54,118 bases of DNA from Candidatus Heimdallarchaeota archaeon (GTDB taxonomy: Archaea > Asgardarchaeota > Heimdallarchaeia > Heimdallarchaeales > Heimdallarchaeaceae), in the NCBI GenBank assembly GCA_021399395.1, contig JAAFKJ010000081.1:1-54118 (forward strand), written 5' to 3'. The notes under the pieces are model-generated. The model searched no databases and was not told the DNA's origin. It saw only the letters and a program-made list of their open reading frames with translations. Shown here piece by piece: positions 1 through 9,308 of the stretch (position 1 is its first letter; the number at the start of each line of letters is the position of its first letter). A program made the translations under genes and the position numbers.

Positions 1-66
1 CTTCTGGTTCTTCTAGAACTTCCTCAACTTCTACTTCTGGTTCTTCTAGAACTTCCTCAACTTCTA
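1..66. repeat. 33-bp perfect tandem repeat (2 copies, truncated by the window edge) inside the acidic-protein CDS
   Basis: Positions 1-33 and 34-66 are identical (cttctggttcttctagaacttcctcaacttcta). On the minus strand this encodes an 11-aa EVEVEEVLEEP unit. Confidence 0.85.
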
Positions 67-259
67 CCTCTATTTCTGCTGCTGTTTCATCTACCATAAT
101 TTCAGGTTCTATTGATGTCTCTACTGCTGTTTCATCAACAGTGATTTCTTTGTCAATTTGAACTCTCTCTTTAGCTAAGTCATAAAGAAATTGGGCAAAT
201 CTTACAATGTTCTTTTTGTCCCAATCGAGCAATTCCATTGAATCTTCTTTACCATTCAT
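1..259 (-). CDS. Acidic repeat protein, N-terminal part (3' end runs off the window)
   Basis: An ATG at 259-257 (minus strand) opens a frame that stays open to position 1: MNGKEDSMELLDWDKKNIVRFAQFLYDLAKERVQIDKEITVDE...EVEVEEVLEEPEVEVEEVLEEPE. It is absent from the ORF track because it has no in-window stop. No family recognised. Confidence 0.5.
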   Translation of the reverse strand, partial: MNGKEDSMELLDWDKKNIVRFAQFLYDLAKERVQIDKEITVDETAVETSIEPEIMVDETAAEIEVEVEEVLEEPEVEVEEVLEEPE

Positions 260-468
260 ACAGCAAACACTTTAGGGCATTGAGCTAAAATCTCAATTTC
301 TACTACTTTTCATGTTTTATTAACTTTTCTTAAGCTTCCATCTTGATTGAAATTCTGTTTGAAAAATTCACAGCTTATTTAGGTATCCTATAAGGAGAAA
401 AATTTTCTTTTAACAAAGTGCCTACTGCTAAACTAAAATTTAAGAACTCAATTTTATAATATTTTATC

Positions 469-1515
469 ATGAGTGAATCACTCAAACCATTATTGATTCA
501 ATTGGTGGAGTCATTTTCATATTATCTCATAGATGAAGCTCGAAGAGAGATCGGTAAAGATGTTTTAGAAGTACAGATACAAGACATTGAATACATAAAA
601 ACAGGAGGAAGGTTTGGTGATGTTTATGTTATAGATGTTATGTACACCTCATTTTACGATAATCATAAAACAAAACTAGCTATCAAATTTATGGAGAGTC
701 CAACTGAGGCCATAACTGAGATAAAGAATTCCTCATTTCTGGAAAAGAAATTTTCTACACGTTCATTGGTTCAAATCCCAAGGTATGTTTATGTCAACTT
801 AAAATCACCAGTGTTTATAGCTTATGAAGGTGTTACAGGAATTAACTATGAAGACGCATACAATATCAGAGATAAAAGCTTCTGGGCTGGATATGTACTA
901 TCCATAATCCATGAGGGAAAACCTCGGCCTGCAATTACAGATATCTATGAGGAATTATATAGGCGCCTCGTACTTTCAGTATTTGGCGGAGAAAACATTG
1001 AGCAAACAATAATGGAACATTCAAAAAATCTTATTGAAATGATTGCTACTTCGCAGGGTGGAAGTGATGCTTTTGGAGATTTTCATCAAAGTAATCTCAT
1101 GGTACGAACATCACCTCAAGATGAAGTTTTAGCGATTGCTCTAATAGACCCAACTTTCTGGATGCAGGGTGCATTTGATCGTTTTGAGGATGTAGGAACA
1201 TTTTTTGGAAGACAAGCCTTCTTAGAATACAGGGTAACTAAACAGCTTGATTCAACGATTGATGATATTAAGAAGTTTATCCAAGGTTATAATGTTCATT
1301 TAAGAGAAGTCAATGCTATTCCACTAGAAGAGTTGTATCCAAAAGGGTATCCGCTTGATTTCTTCTTGGCAATTTGGGCTATGATGGATATTCTTGATAA
1401 AACTACCACTCAAAATATTCCTCTAAATCATGCAGATATCACCTTACTGAAGGAATTAGCATTTTCACTATTAACTGAACATCCACTCAGTAAAGAAATA
1501 AATAATTTTATATGA
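469..1515 (+). CDS. Protein-kinase-fold / aminoglycoside-phosphotransferase-like protein
   Basis: Four kinase-fold elements are visible. Gly-rich loop-like GGRFGDVYV. LAIKF, a VAIK-type Lys. Catalytic-loop-like FGDFHQSNLMV, matching the GDxHxxN pattern of the APH/choline-kinase family. LIDPTF, a DFG-equivalent Asp. Confidence 0.5.
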   Translation: MSESLKPLLIQLVESFSYYLIDEARREIGKDVLEVQIQDIEYIKTGGRFGDVYVIDVMYTSFYDNHKTKLAIKFMESPTEAITEIKNSSFLEKKFSTRSLVQIPRYVYVNLKSPVFIAYEGVTGINYEDAYNIRDKSFWAGYVLSIIHEGKPRPAITDIYEELYRRLVLSVFGGENIEQTIMEHSKNLIEMIATSQGGSDAFGDFHQSNLMVRTSPQDEVLAIALIDPTFWMQGAFDRFEDVGTFFGRQAFLEYRVTKQLDSTIDDIKKFIQGYNVHLREVNAIPLEELYPKGYPLDFFLAIWAMMDILDKTTTQNIPLNHADITLLKELAFSLLTEHPLSKEINNFI

Positions 1516-1564
1516 TTCCGTTGTAAGAAATATTTTAAAGATAGAAATGCTAGGAGTACTTTAG

Positions 1565-2407
1565 ATGACTAATTCTAACCAAGAGATAATAATCTCCGCT
1601 TACGTATTAGCAAAGATACTTGCAGTTGATTCTTTAGACCATTCAAAGGAATCAGCAGGATTATTACTGGGATATGTAGATGATGATGGGGAAACATTAG
1701 TCATTACAGATTTTGATACCGGAAAACAACAGCAAACATCAACTTATGTTGTGATGGATGATGAAGCTCTAGTTCAGATTGCTACAGATTTACTTAAACG
1801 TGATAAGAAAGAAACAATTGTTGGATGGGCTCATACGCATCCTTCATATGGTTGTTTTCTATCAGGGACAGATAAAAGCACACAAAGAACCTACCAAAGT
1901 CTTTTTTCAAAAGCTGTTGCATTGGTAGTAGATCCTTCGAAATACTATAATTCATCTGATCAGAAAGATTTAGAGATTAAGTTTTTCAGAATGATAGATG
2001 ATGTAGATTACAAAGCAGTTCCTTTTGGAATTTTCTACGATGATGTAACTACACATTTAGCTAATCTAGTAGAATTTGACATCAAATGGGAATTACCTAC
2101 TCTATTACCGGACGAAGTTAAAATCCTGCATCAAAAAATACAATCAATCAAGCCTTCTTCAATGCTTGAAGGTGACAAACAGCTGTTGCATGGTTTCGTA
2201 GATGTTCTAAGTACATCGTCAGAAGAATTTGTTTCTTCAAATGAAGGTAAAGAGACTTTGGAAGCTATTGATATGAAATTAAATCATATCATAAGAGATG
2301 TAAACTATATCTATGGAGAAGAAACCTCTAATCTGTATGCAGTACTAAATGTGATTGCTGTGATTATTATCACAATATCTTGGTTATTAGCTGCATTCAT
2401 AGCTTAG
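1565..2407 (+). CDS. JAMM/MPN+ metalloprotease with a C-terminal transmembrane anchor
   Basis: The JAMM motif is complete: upstream Glu in ESAGLLLG, then HTHPSYGCFLSGTD (H-x-H-x7-S-x2-D). The C-terminal hydrophobic stretch LYAVLNVIAVIIITISWLLAAFIA ends the protein. Confidence 0.8.
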   Translation: MTNSNQEIIISAYVLAKILAVDSLDHSKESAGLLLGYVDDDGETLVITDFDTGKQQQTSTYVVMDDEALVQIATDLLKRDKKETIVGWAHTHPSYGCFLSGTDKSTQRTYQSLFSKAVALVVDPSKYYNSSDQKDLEIKFFRMIDDVDYKAVPFGIFYDDVTTHLANLVEFDIKWELPTLLPDEVKILHQKIQSIKPSSMLEGDKQLLHGFVDVLSTSSEEFVSSNEGKETLEAIDMKLNHIIRDVNYIYGEETSNLYAVLNVIAVIIITISWLLAAFIA

Positions 2408-2469
2408 TTATTCTCAGTTGAAAAAACAAAGGTAGAAGAGTTTTTTTAATAAAAATTGAATCTCTCTTA

Positions 2470-3261
2470 ATGTCTCAGATTCAAATAATCCCAATTCCTT
2501 CAGTAAAGATAATTGAAATGAAAGATGATTTGTTCTCCATCTTACTTGAATCTTTAAAACAAAGTACCATACATTTGGAAAATGATGATATCTTGGTTAT
2601 TGCCAGTAAAGTGGTTGCAGTTGCAGAAGAAAATATAGTATTCTATTCCTCATTAAATCCTTCAGTTGAAGCTATTGAAATAGCCAAAAAAGCACATATG
2701 GATCCGGAATTTGCACAAGTTATTCTAGACGAATCTAACGGTAATTATACTGGATCTGTACCAGGTGCAATAACAACTTTGAATCAGTATGGACTTCTAG
2801 CAAATGCGGGTGCGGATCAATCTAATGCAGGCGAAAAGCAAGTTATTCTCTTACCTGAAGATTGTAAAAAATCAGCTGAAGAACTTCACAAGAAGATATT
2901 AGAGCAAATGGGTTCTTATGTAGGAATAATCATTGCAGATTCTAGAACAACACCTTTGCGATTAGGTACTGTAGGGTGTGCATTAGCTACATATGGATTT
3001 GAAGCTCTTTTAGATGAAAGAGGAAGTGATGATCTTTTTGGTAGAAAAATGCATATCACAGTTCGTGCAATTGCAGATCAATTGGCTACAGCTGCTGAAA
3101 TTGTAATGGGTGAAACCAACGAAAGAACACCATTTGCTGTTATAAGGGGATATCCTATTAACCGAATAACAAATAATGAAGAAGTAGACCTGAATACACA
3201 AATTACAGCTGAAGAGTGCATGTTTATTGGTCCATTTGTGAGAAAACAGAAGAAGGGATAA
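2470..3261 (+). CDS. cofE: CofE-like gamma-glutamyl ligase (F420-0:L-glutamate ligase family)
   Basis: Family blocks are present: LVIASKVVAVAEE, ANAGADQSN, IIIADSRTTPLRLGTVGCAL, and DERGSDDLFGRKMHITVRAIADQLATAAEIVMGETNERTPFAVIRGY. Confidence 0.75.
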   Translation: MSQIQIIPIPSVKIIEMKDDLFSILLESLKQSTIHLENDDILVIASKVVAVAEENIVFYSSLNPSVEAIEIAKKAHMDPEFAQVILDESNGNYTGSVPGAITTLNQYGLLANAGADQSNAGEKQVILLPEDCKKSAEELHKKILEQMGSYVGIIIADSRTTPLRLGTVGCALATYGFEALLDERGSDDLFGRKMHITVRAIADQLATAAEIVMGETNERTPFAVIRGYPINRITNNEEVDLNTQITAEECMFIGPFVRKQKKG

Positions 3262-3264
3262 GAA

Positions 3265-4122
3265 ATGATTAGAGGAATTTTAGGATCTTTAGAAGTTGGA
3301 GATAAATTACCTGTAAAAATTGTTGGTGTAGTAAATCTATCTTCAGCATCATTTTTCAAACATTCAATTGCTCTTTCTGATTCTGATATTAAGAAGAAAG
3401 TTATCGAGATGATAGATGAAGGAGTAGATTGTCTGGATATTGGTGCTCAGTCAACCAGACCTGTTCAGATATATGGTGGAGAGGGTAGAGTCGATAAAAA
3501 TACAGAATTAGAGATTGTGGAATCAGCACTAAAAATATGTTTAGACATATTGAGCAGTTATGAGAATATTGAAATTTCAGTTGATACTCAGAGAAAAATT
3601 GTTGCAGAACGAGCATTGAATATGGGTGTTAATATTATTAATGATATTTCTGGTTTTAAGAAAGAGAAAGAGATAGCTAAAGTTATAGCTGACTTTGATG
3701 CTTCTGCTGTAGTAATGGCTGCTAGAAAAGAACCAGGTGATGTATTCACGGTAAAAGATATTTTGCATGAATTAAATTCTAGTCTCAAAACAGGTTTAAA
3801 AAACGGTATTCAAGAAAACAAACTCATAATTGATCCAGGTTTAGGAAGTTGGGAGGCAAGAGATTATCAACATGACTATACCATAATTAAAAACCTAGAA
3901 GAACTTAGAAATCTACAAAAACCAGTCTATGTTGGAATAAGTAGGAAAACATCAATAGGAAAAGCTCTGAATGATGCTCCTCCAGATCAAAGATTATTTG
4001 GAACAATAGGTGCTACAATAATCGCTATTGTAAATGGGGCTCATATAGTAAGGACACATGATGTTAAACCAACATTAGAAGCTATACGTGTGGCCGAAGT
4101 AATTTTGAATAACCCTGAGTAA
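3265..4122 (+). CDS. folP: Dihydropteroate synthase (pterin-binding domain)
   Basis: DHPS blocks are present: VGVVNLSSASF, DIGAQSTRP, INDISG, IDPGLG, GISRKTSIG, VRTHDV. The start codon lies 3 nt after the cofE-like stop. Confidence 0.8.
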   Translation: MIRGILGSLEVGDKLPVKIVGVVNLSSASFFKHSIALSDSDIKKKVIEMIDEGVDCLDIGAQSTRPVQIYGGEGRVDKNTELEIVESALKICLDILSSYENIEISVDTQRKIVAERALNMGVNIINDISGFKKEKEIAKVIADFDASAVVMAARKEPGDVFTVKDILHELNSSLKTGLKNGIQENKLIIDPGLGSWEARDYQHDYTIIKNLEELRNLQKPVYVGISRKTSIGKALNDAPPDQRLFGTIGATIIAIVNGAHIVRTHDVKPTLEAIRVAEVILNNPE

Positions 4123-4123
4123 T

Positions 4124-5215
4124 CTAATCTGTTTTTTTGAATATTACTCCTTCATCCACTTCAACAATTCTGACAGGTAGATTTAGTTTTTGTTTTAACC
4201 CTTGAGCAACTTCTTCCGTATTGTCTTTTGTCATTATTACAACACTTCCCCCAAGCCCCGCACCTGTTAATTTTCCTCCAAGTGCCCCCAAATCTAAGCT
4301 TTCTTGGACAATTTTATCTAAAATCGGTAAGGAAACATTAATTCCTTCCTTAAGTGCTGAATGCTGTTTTGTTAATAACTCGCCAAGAATTTCAATGCTT
4401 ATTGAGGTCTTTGAGAGCTCAATCTCGGCTTGTTCAGTATACTCTTTGATAGAAATAACACCTTCAAGAATCTTGAAATCAGCATTCGTTAGTTCTTTTT
4501 GATTCTTGTTCAATATATCAGATGAGAAATCTGGAAGCTGAGTATTTGTTAGTTTTTCAAAACGATTTACGATTTTTTTAATAGTTTCTACTTTGTTCCC
4601 ATGAACATCACTGGTAAACTTTGGAGTTTGGCTGTCAACAACAATCAAATCGATATCAGGCTTATTTAATTGAACAACTTCGGGAGGTTCAGTGCTAGAG
4701 AGTCTTATAATCTCTCCATAAGAACAAGCATATTGATCCATTTTCCCACAAGGTACGCCCAGTATATTGTGTTCTGCATCATACGCAAATTCAGCTATCT
4801 GATTCTTTTTCAATTCGATACCTAAAATACCGCTTAAGTTTTTTATCCATCCAACTAAAAGTGCCGCGGAGCTTGATAATCCACTTGCAATGGGGATCTG
4901 ACTCTCTATTGTGACATTGAGTGAAGGAACGAATAAATCGGGATAACTTTTTTTGAATGTTAATAGACCTGCTTCTAAATATGAATCTAAACTCCCCCTC
5001 TTACTAACTGATGATGAAGGTGATTTCGCTATTTTGATTTTTTTGTTTAAATCTTTACTAGTTACGTGAATCCCGTTGTTTTCCGATAGTGTGGAATAAA
5101 TTGATAATCGGAGATTAATTGCAGCTGGAATCACATTAAGTTTGAGATAATCTTGATGCTCTCCGTAGAGACAAACTCTTGCAGGTGATGACGAATAAAA
5201 CATTGTATTCATCAA
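4124..5215 (-). CDS. galK: GHMP-family sugar kinase, galactokinase-like
   Basis: Galactokinase signature-like SPARVCLYGEHQDY. GHMP ATP-binding motif PIASGLSSSAALLV. VPCGKMDQY, compare the GalK CGIMDQ block. Glycine-rich GKLTGAGLGGSVV near the C-terminus. Confidence 0.65.
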   Translation of the reverse strand: MMNTMFYSSSPARVCLYGEHQDYLKLNVIPAAINLRLSIYSTLSENNGIHVTSKDLNKKIKIAKSPSSSVSKRGSLDSYLEAGLLTFKKSYPDLFVPSLNVTIESQIPIASGLSSSAALLVGWIKNLSGILGIELKKNQIAEFAYDAEHNILGVPCGKMDQYACSYGEIIRLSSTEPPEVVQLNKPDIDLIVVDSQTPKFTSDVHGNKVETIKKIVNRFEKLTNTQLPDFSSDILNKNQKELTNADFKILEGVISIKEYTEQAEIELSKTSISIEILGELLTKQHSALKEGINVSLPILDKIVQESLDLGALGGKLTGAGLGGSVVIMTKDNTEEVAQGLKQKLNLPVRIVEVDEGVIFKKTD

Positions 5216-5341
5216 AGATTTATTTAACCAGCTTAATAATTCTTATCGTCTATTAGAAAGAAATGGCTTTAAATTGGCATTTCCTTTTTCCGAAGTAACA
5301 AAGTATTTAAAGAAAATTTGTGAATAAAAATTGGGGATACT

Positions 5342-6589
5342 TTGTCAGAAAACCTATTAGATCGGGTCTTTAAGATTTCTCAGTACATAGAAGATGATGA
5401 ATTCGACGTTCAGAATCAAGAGTTTAGAAGAGACCCCTGGACAATGGATCCTCTCCCTGAGTTATATATCTCCTCTGAGAAGCTCAATAGTCAAGTTGCA
5501 CATTTAGTTCAGATTATTAGCACAGGAAATTCAATTAATTCTATTAGAGGTGATATAAAATCTGGAAAATCCTATCTTATGAACCTGTTAAAGGAAGGAT
5601 TGAAAGAATCTCTATGGAAATATACTGATTTTGACAAGATACATATTCTACTTTTCAATGAAGAAGATTTCAAAGAATACACATTTACTAAGTATGTACA
5701 GAAAATGTCAGAAAATGTTTTGAACAAATTCTTTCCTACTAAAGAACTAAATACATACGAACTACAAAACCATGTTAAGAAAACCAATTCTTTGATAGTG
5801 GTTCTATTAGATGATTTCACTGGAGATAAACTTCATAATATCTCAAGTGATACTGCTAAAATACACAAATCGTTGAAAGGAAACTTCTCATCTATAATCT
5901 CATTCAATGTAAATGACATGCCACTAAGTCTTTCAGGTTTAAAAGAAAAAGGATGGGATCATTTCACTTATTCGATAAGAATTCCAGAGCTTTCCCTAAT
6001 AGAGGCAAAAGATCTCATTCGTTCTAGAATGTGCTATTCTTTGAATAAAGCTTCTTTTAGAGTTACAGAAGTATTTTCAGAAAGTGCGATCGATAGAGCA
6101 TGGAGTACAGCAAAAGGAAATCCTTGGATATTAATATCCATTCTCTCAAATGCTTATGATTACTCTTTGAAAAAAGGATCTAGAACGGTTAGAGATGTTG
6201 ATGTATCTGAGGTGATTGATTTATTCTCACCTTCAACAGTTCAAGACGGACTTGAAGATCATGATAAATTCATGATTCAACAAGCACTTAACAACTTCCC
6301 ATATAGAGAGAGACAAGTTTGTGAGTATCTGATGCATAAAGATGCCACTGCCAAAGAAATAACCATTCATCTTTATGGAGAGCTTCCCTCCTCAGAGTAC
6401 CGAAGTAAATATATGGGAACCAAGAGTTTTCTCAAGAGATTGAAAGATAAAAACGTCGTTGTCGTCGCAGGTGAAAAAGGTCGTTCTCTATTATTTGGTT
6501 TAAATCCAAAAATGAAGGAACGATTAACTCAAGTGACAAGTAGGAGTCAACAGAAAACCTCTGATGAACAAGAAACTATCGCTTTTTAA
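5342..6589 (+). CDS. P-loop NTPase with C-terminal winged helix-turn-helix (archaeal ATPase / Orc1-Cdc6-like architecture)
   Basis: Walker A GDIKSGKS and Walker B-like IVVLLDDF. C-terminal wHTH-like segment RERQVCEYLMHKDATAKEITIHL...FLKRLKDKNVVVVAGEKGR. The start is a TTG as given in the ORF track and is uncertain. Confidence 0.45.
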   Translation: MSENLLDRVFKISQYIEDDEFDVQNQEFRRDPWTMDPLPELYISSEKLNSQVAHLVQIISTGNSINSIRGDIKSGKSYLMNLLKEGLKESLWKYTDFDKIHILLFNEEDFKEYTFTKYVQKMSENVLNKFFPTKELNTYELQNHVKKTNSLIVVLLDDFTGDKLHNISSDTAKIHKSLKGNFSSIISFNVNDMPLSLSGLKEKGWDHFTYSIRIPELSLIEAKDLIRSRMCYSLNKASFRVTEVFSESAIDRAWSTAKGNPWILISILSNAYDYSLKKGSRTVRDVDVSEVIDLFSPSTVQDGLEDHDKFMIQQALNNFPYRERQVCEYLMHKDATAKEITIHLYGELPSSEYRSKYMGTKSFLKRLKDKNVVVVAGEKGRSLLFGLNPKMKERLTQVTSRSQQKTSDEQETIAF

Positions 6590-6616
6590 AAAATAAAATA
6601 GAAAGAAATGAATAGA

Positions 6617-7834
6617 TCATTTCTTAGAAACTGATTTGAAAAATGCTATTATTCTGAATATTATATATGCTACAAATAGATTGATCAACAGTAAAAATGT
6701 ATACTCTGTGAAGATTGCAATTACTGTAGGCATGTTCAGATAGAATTCAGCATCAGCGTTTAGTCCTAATATAACAACATTACTTAGAAGTAAGCTAGCT
6801 ATTAATGGAGCTAAGTTTAACCATAAGAATGATCCTTCGAAATTAAATCTCATTTTGTCTGTTGTTCCTTGAGCTCTCTTATAGACCATTATTCCCATAG
6901 CGATACCCATTGCAAAACCAACTATAGGTAAGATGTAGAATACATTTAGATATTTTACAAAAGTGAAATCACCAGAAGGTAGTTTTGAAAAGATAATATT
7001 CATGAAATCAGTATTTGTTTGTCCATAGATTAATACTGCTTCAGCTTGAGTGTATTTGAAACCAGCGAATATCATGAATACAATTCCAGCTACAATACTT
7101 AAGAATATCAGAATTTGTCCAATTATCTCATGCTTATTAGAGGTAACAGTTGTTGATACTCTTTTGCGGGAAATTATGATGAAGACCATCATATAAATAA
7201 TGGAAAATATCCCAACAACAGTATCATAAACTGGAAATCCATTAATCGTTTCTCCAAAAGCTATGCCCAAATTTTGCAGTTGATATGGTTCAATTGCTTG
7301 TGCAAAGTTTAAGCTAAGGTACAGACTTGTTCCTGCACCAATTAAACCTTGTAGTCCGTAAATAATCCCTATCAGCAGTAATGCTGTTCTACCTGTCATT
7401 TCCATTGTTGCAAAAAATCCTGCTAACAGTGCTGTTAGAAGATAAATAACAATAATAGCCCAATATCCAGAACTAAACAGATTGTTTGCATATAAAGTAC
7501 TGGTAACATAAGGGTTATAGAAGGAGAGAATAGCAGCAACAGCTAAAAAGATTGAAGAAACAATATTCTTAGCAACAGCTGAACCTACCATTATAATAGC
7601 AAGAGTAAAGACAATTGTTGCTGGAGAAAGCCATTGTTGTATTGCTGGAATGTTGAGAATTTCAAGCCAAGGAAGAACAAATTCGGTAACTGAGATTAAT
7701 CCTACTCCAATTACTGTGGTTATTAGTGCTCTAAGGCTGAAAAACTGTCCAAGATGAAAGAATTTTGCATCAGTCATAAACATCGTTCTCTTATTATATT
7801 TAATGTTCTTAACAAATGTTAGGATGTATATCAA
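6617..7834 (-). CDS. Polytopic integral membrane protein, unknown function
   Basis: About ten or more long hydrophobic segments run through the 405-aa translation. No catalytic motif was recognised. The true start may be the internal MFMTDAKFF. Confidence 0.55.
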   Translation of the reverse strand: MIYILTFVKNIKYNKRTMFMTDAKFFHLGQFFSLRALITTVIGVGLISVTEFVLPWLEILNIPAIQQWLSPATIVFTLAIIMVGSAVAKNIVSSIFLAVAAILSFYNPYVTSTLYANNLFSSGYWAIIVIYLLTALLAGFFATMEMTGRTALLLIGIIYGLQGLIGAGTSLYLSLNFAQAIEPYQLQNLGIAFGETINGFPVYDTVVGIFSIIYMMVFIIISRKRVSTTVTSNKHEIIGQILIFLSIVAGIVFMIFAGFKYTQAEAVLIYGQTNTDFMNIIFSKLPSGDFTFVKYLNVFYILPIVGFAMGIAMGIMVYKRAQGTTDKMRFNFEGSFLWLNLAPLIASLLLSNVVILGLNADAEFYLNMPTVIAIFTEYTFLLLINLFVAYIIFRIIAFFKSVSKK

Positions 7835-7866
7835 AAAAAAGGTTGTGATGGTATTAATGACAATTA

Positions 7867-8247
7867 TTATCTTTTAAAGCTGTCACCAAATGACATCAAA
7901 GTGGCCCCAATATAGGTTATCAAGCCCGAAAACGCAGATATGAGGATTACCCAGATACCTGGTATAACAATATTGAGCGGTTCATAGTTACTTTGCCATA
8001 TTCCTAGAAAAACGGTTAACAAAATAAGCGCTGCGAGCATAAACCCTGTTAGTGTTAAGTAAGCATTCTTTTCTTTCTCTTGAAACGACGCAGAAACGGA
8101 TCCTAAAGAGAAACCACCTAGGATACCTATGCCTAGATAAAATAGAAACCACCAATAACCTTCTGTCAATTGTGTTATTGAAATAATAACTCCAAAAATA
8201 CCTATAGCTGTTAAAGCTCCTCCTATAAATGCAGCCGGGCGCGCCAT
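7867..8247 (-). CDS. Small integral membrane protein (about 4 TM helices)
   Basis: The 126-aa translation is almost entirely hydrophobic helices (AAFIGGALTAIGIFGVIISI, WWFLFYLGIGILGGFSLG, and others). It is co-oriented with the flanking membrane gene. Confidence 0.5.
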   Translation of the reverse strand: MARPAAFIGGALTAIGIFGVIISITQLTEGYWWFLFYLGIGILGGFSLGSVSASFQEKEKNAYLTLTGFMLAALILLTVFLGIWQSNYEPLNIVIPGIWVILISAFSGLITYIGATLMSFGDSFKR

Positions 8248-8325
8248 ATTATCATCTCTACTTTTCTAACACCTTGCTTGCTATATTAATATTTCTAAAT
8301 TATTTGTGAAGATAGTTACTTATTT

Positions 8326-9198
8326 TTACTTCTTACCTTTTACTTTGAATCTATCAAATACTATTGATAGTGCAAGATCCAAGTTTTTTATCACATGAAA
8401 AATACGACTAGTTCTGACATATATTTTACGTAAGGCTTTGACAAACAAGTTTTGTTCCACAATTCCCAGTTCATAATAGAGATATTGTTCTTGTTCCTTG
8501 CCTTTAAGACAAATTTTTCCTAAAGGATTCGAAATAGTTATCCAACCATTCCAATAATGACCTCCCTCTTCTCCGAAACGATTAGCATTAACCAACCAAG
8601 CATCATAACTTCGCGCAAGATAGCCAATTCCAAATTCTCTTAAGTCTTCATCATCTGCTAAACTATGTATTATCAAATCTAGTTTGTTTTTCCTTAATGC
8701 TCTGTTTACCTCTTTACTCTGAACATCATAACATATTACTAATCCGGTTTTAATGCCTTTAATATCAGTAACTGTTACTAGATTTTCACCTGGAGAAAAG
8801 AAAGTTTCTCTCATTTTTGTTTTGCGATGAACTGCAATAATCTCGCCTGTTGGGTCAATTAGAACTTGGGAGTTATGAAACCTATCTTCATTCTTTTCGT
8901 TTATTCCAAAACAAAGATAAACATTTTTCTTTACAGCTAATTCTGCCATTATGTTTGTGGTTTTTCCAGGTATTGTTTCAGCGATTTGGTGATGATAATT
9001 AGCTGTCTTATCAAAATTAAAAAACCACCCATGGATTGTTTCACCAAATACTACTAATTCAACAAGGGGGTGATTACTTTTAATGTCTTCAATGAATTTA
9101 GTCATTTTTTTTAAGTTAATATCAGGGTCTTCATCACAAACCATAGAAGTTATTGCAATTTTCAAATGATTAGTAGCTCTATTGACGTTGTATAACAT
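8326..9198 (-). CDS. Carbon-nitrogen hydrolase (nitrilase superfamily)
   Basis: The Glu-Lys-Cys triad sits in its usual contexts: ELVVFGE, HRKTKM, GLVICYD. Confidence 0.7.
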   Translation of the reverse strand: MLYNVNRATNHLKIAITSMVCDEDPDINLKKMTKFIEDIKSNHPLVELVVFGETIHGWFFNFDKTANYHHQIAETIPGKTTNIMAELAVKKNVYLCFGINEKNEDRFHNSQVLIDPTGEIIAVHRKTKMRETFFSPGENLVTVTDIKGIKTGLVICYDVQSKEVNRALRKNKLDLIIHSLADDEDLREFGIGYLARSYDAWLVNANRFGEEGGHYWNGWITISNPLGKICLKGKEQEQYLYYELGIVEQNLFVKALRKIYVRTSRIFHVIKNLDLALSIVFDRFKVKGKK

Positions 9199-9308
9199 TT
9201 ATCCCATAACCAAATAATCTGTTATGTATTCACTAATAAGATTTTTTGGTTTGACTGAGTAAATGCAAGCAGACCCAAGATCAGAATCTAGAATGTGTTT
9301 CAAACGTC

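Noticed and set aside
5216-5341. A possible replication origin next to the Orc1/Cdc6-like ATPase gene.
   Set aside because: The spacer is only 126 bp and shows no repeated ORB-like elements or an extended AT-rich unwinding region beyond the genome background.
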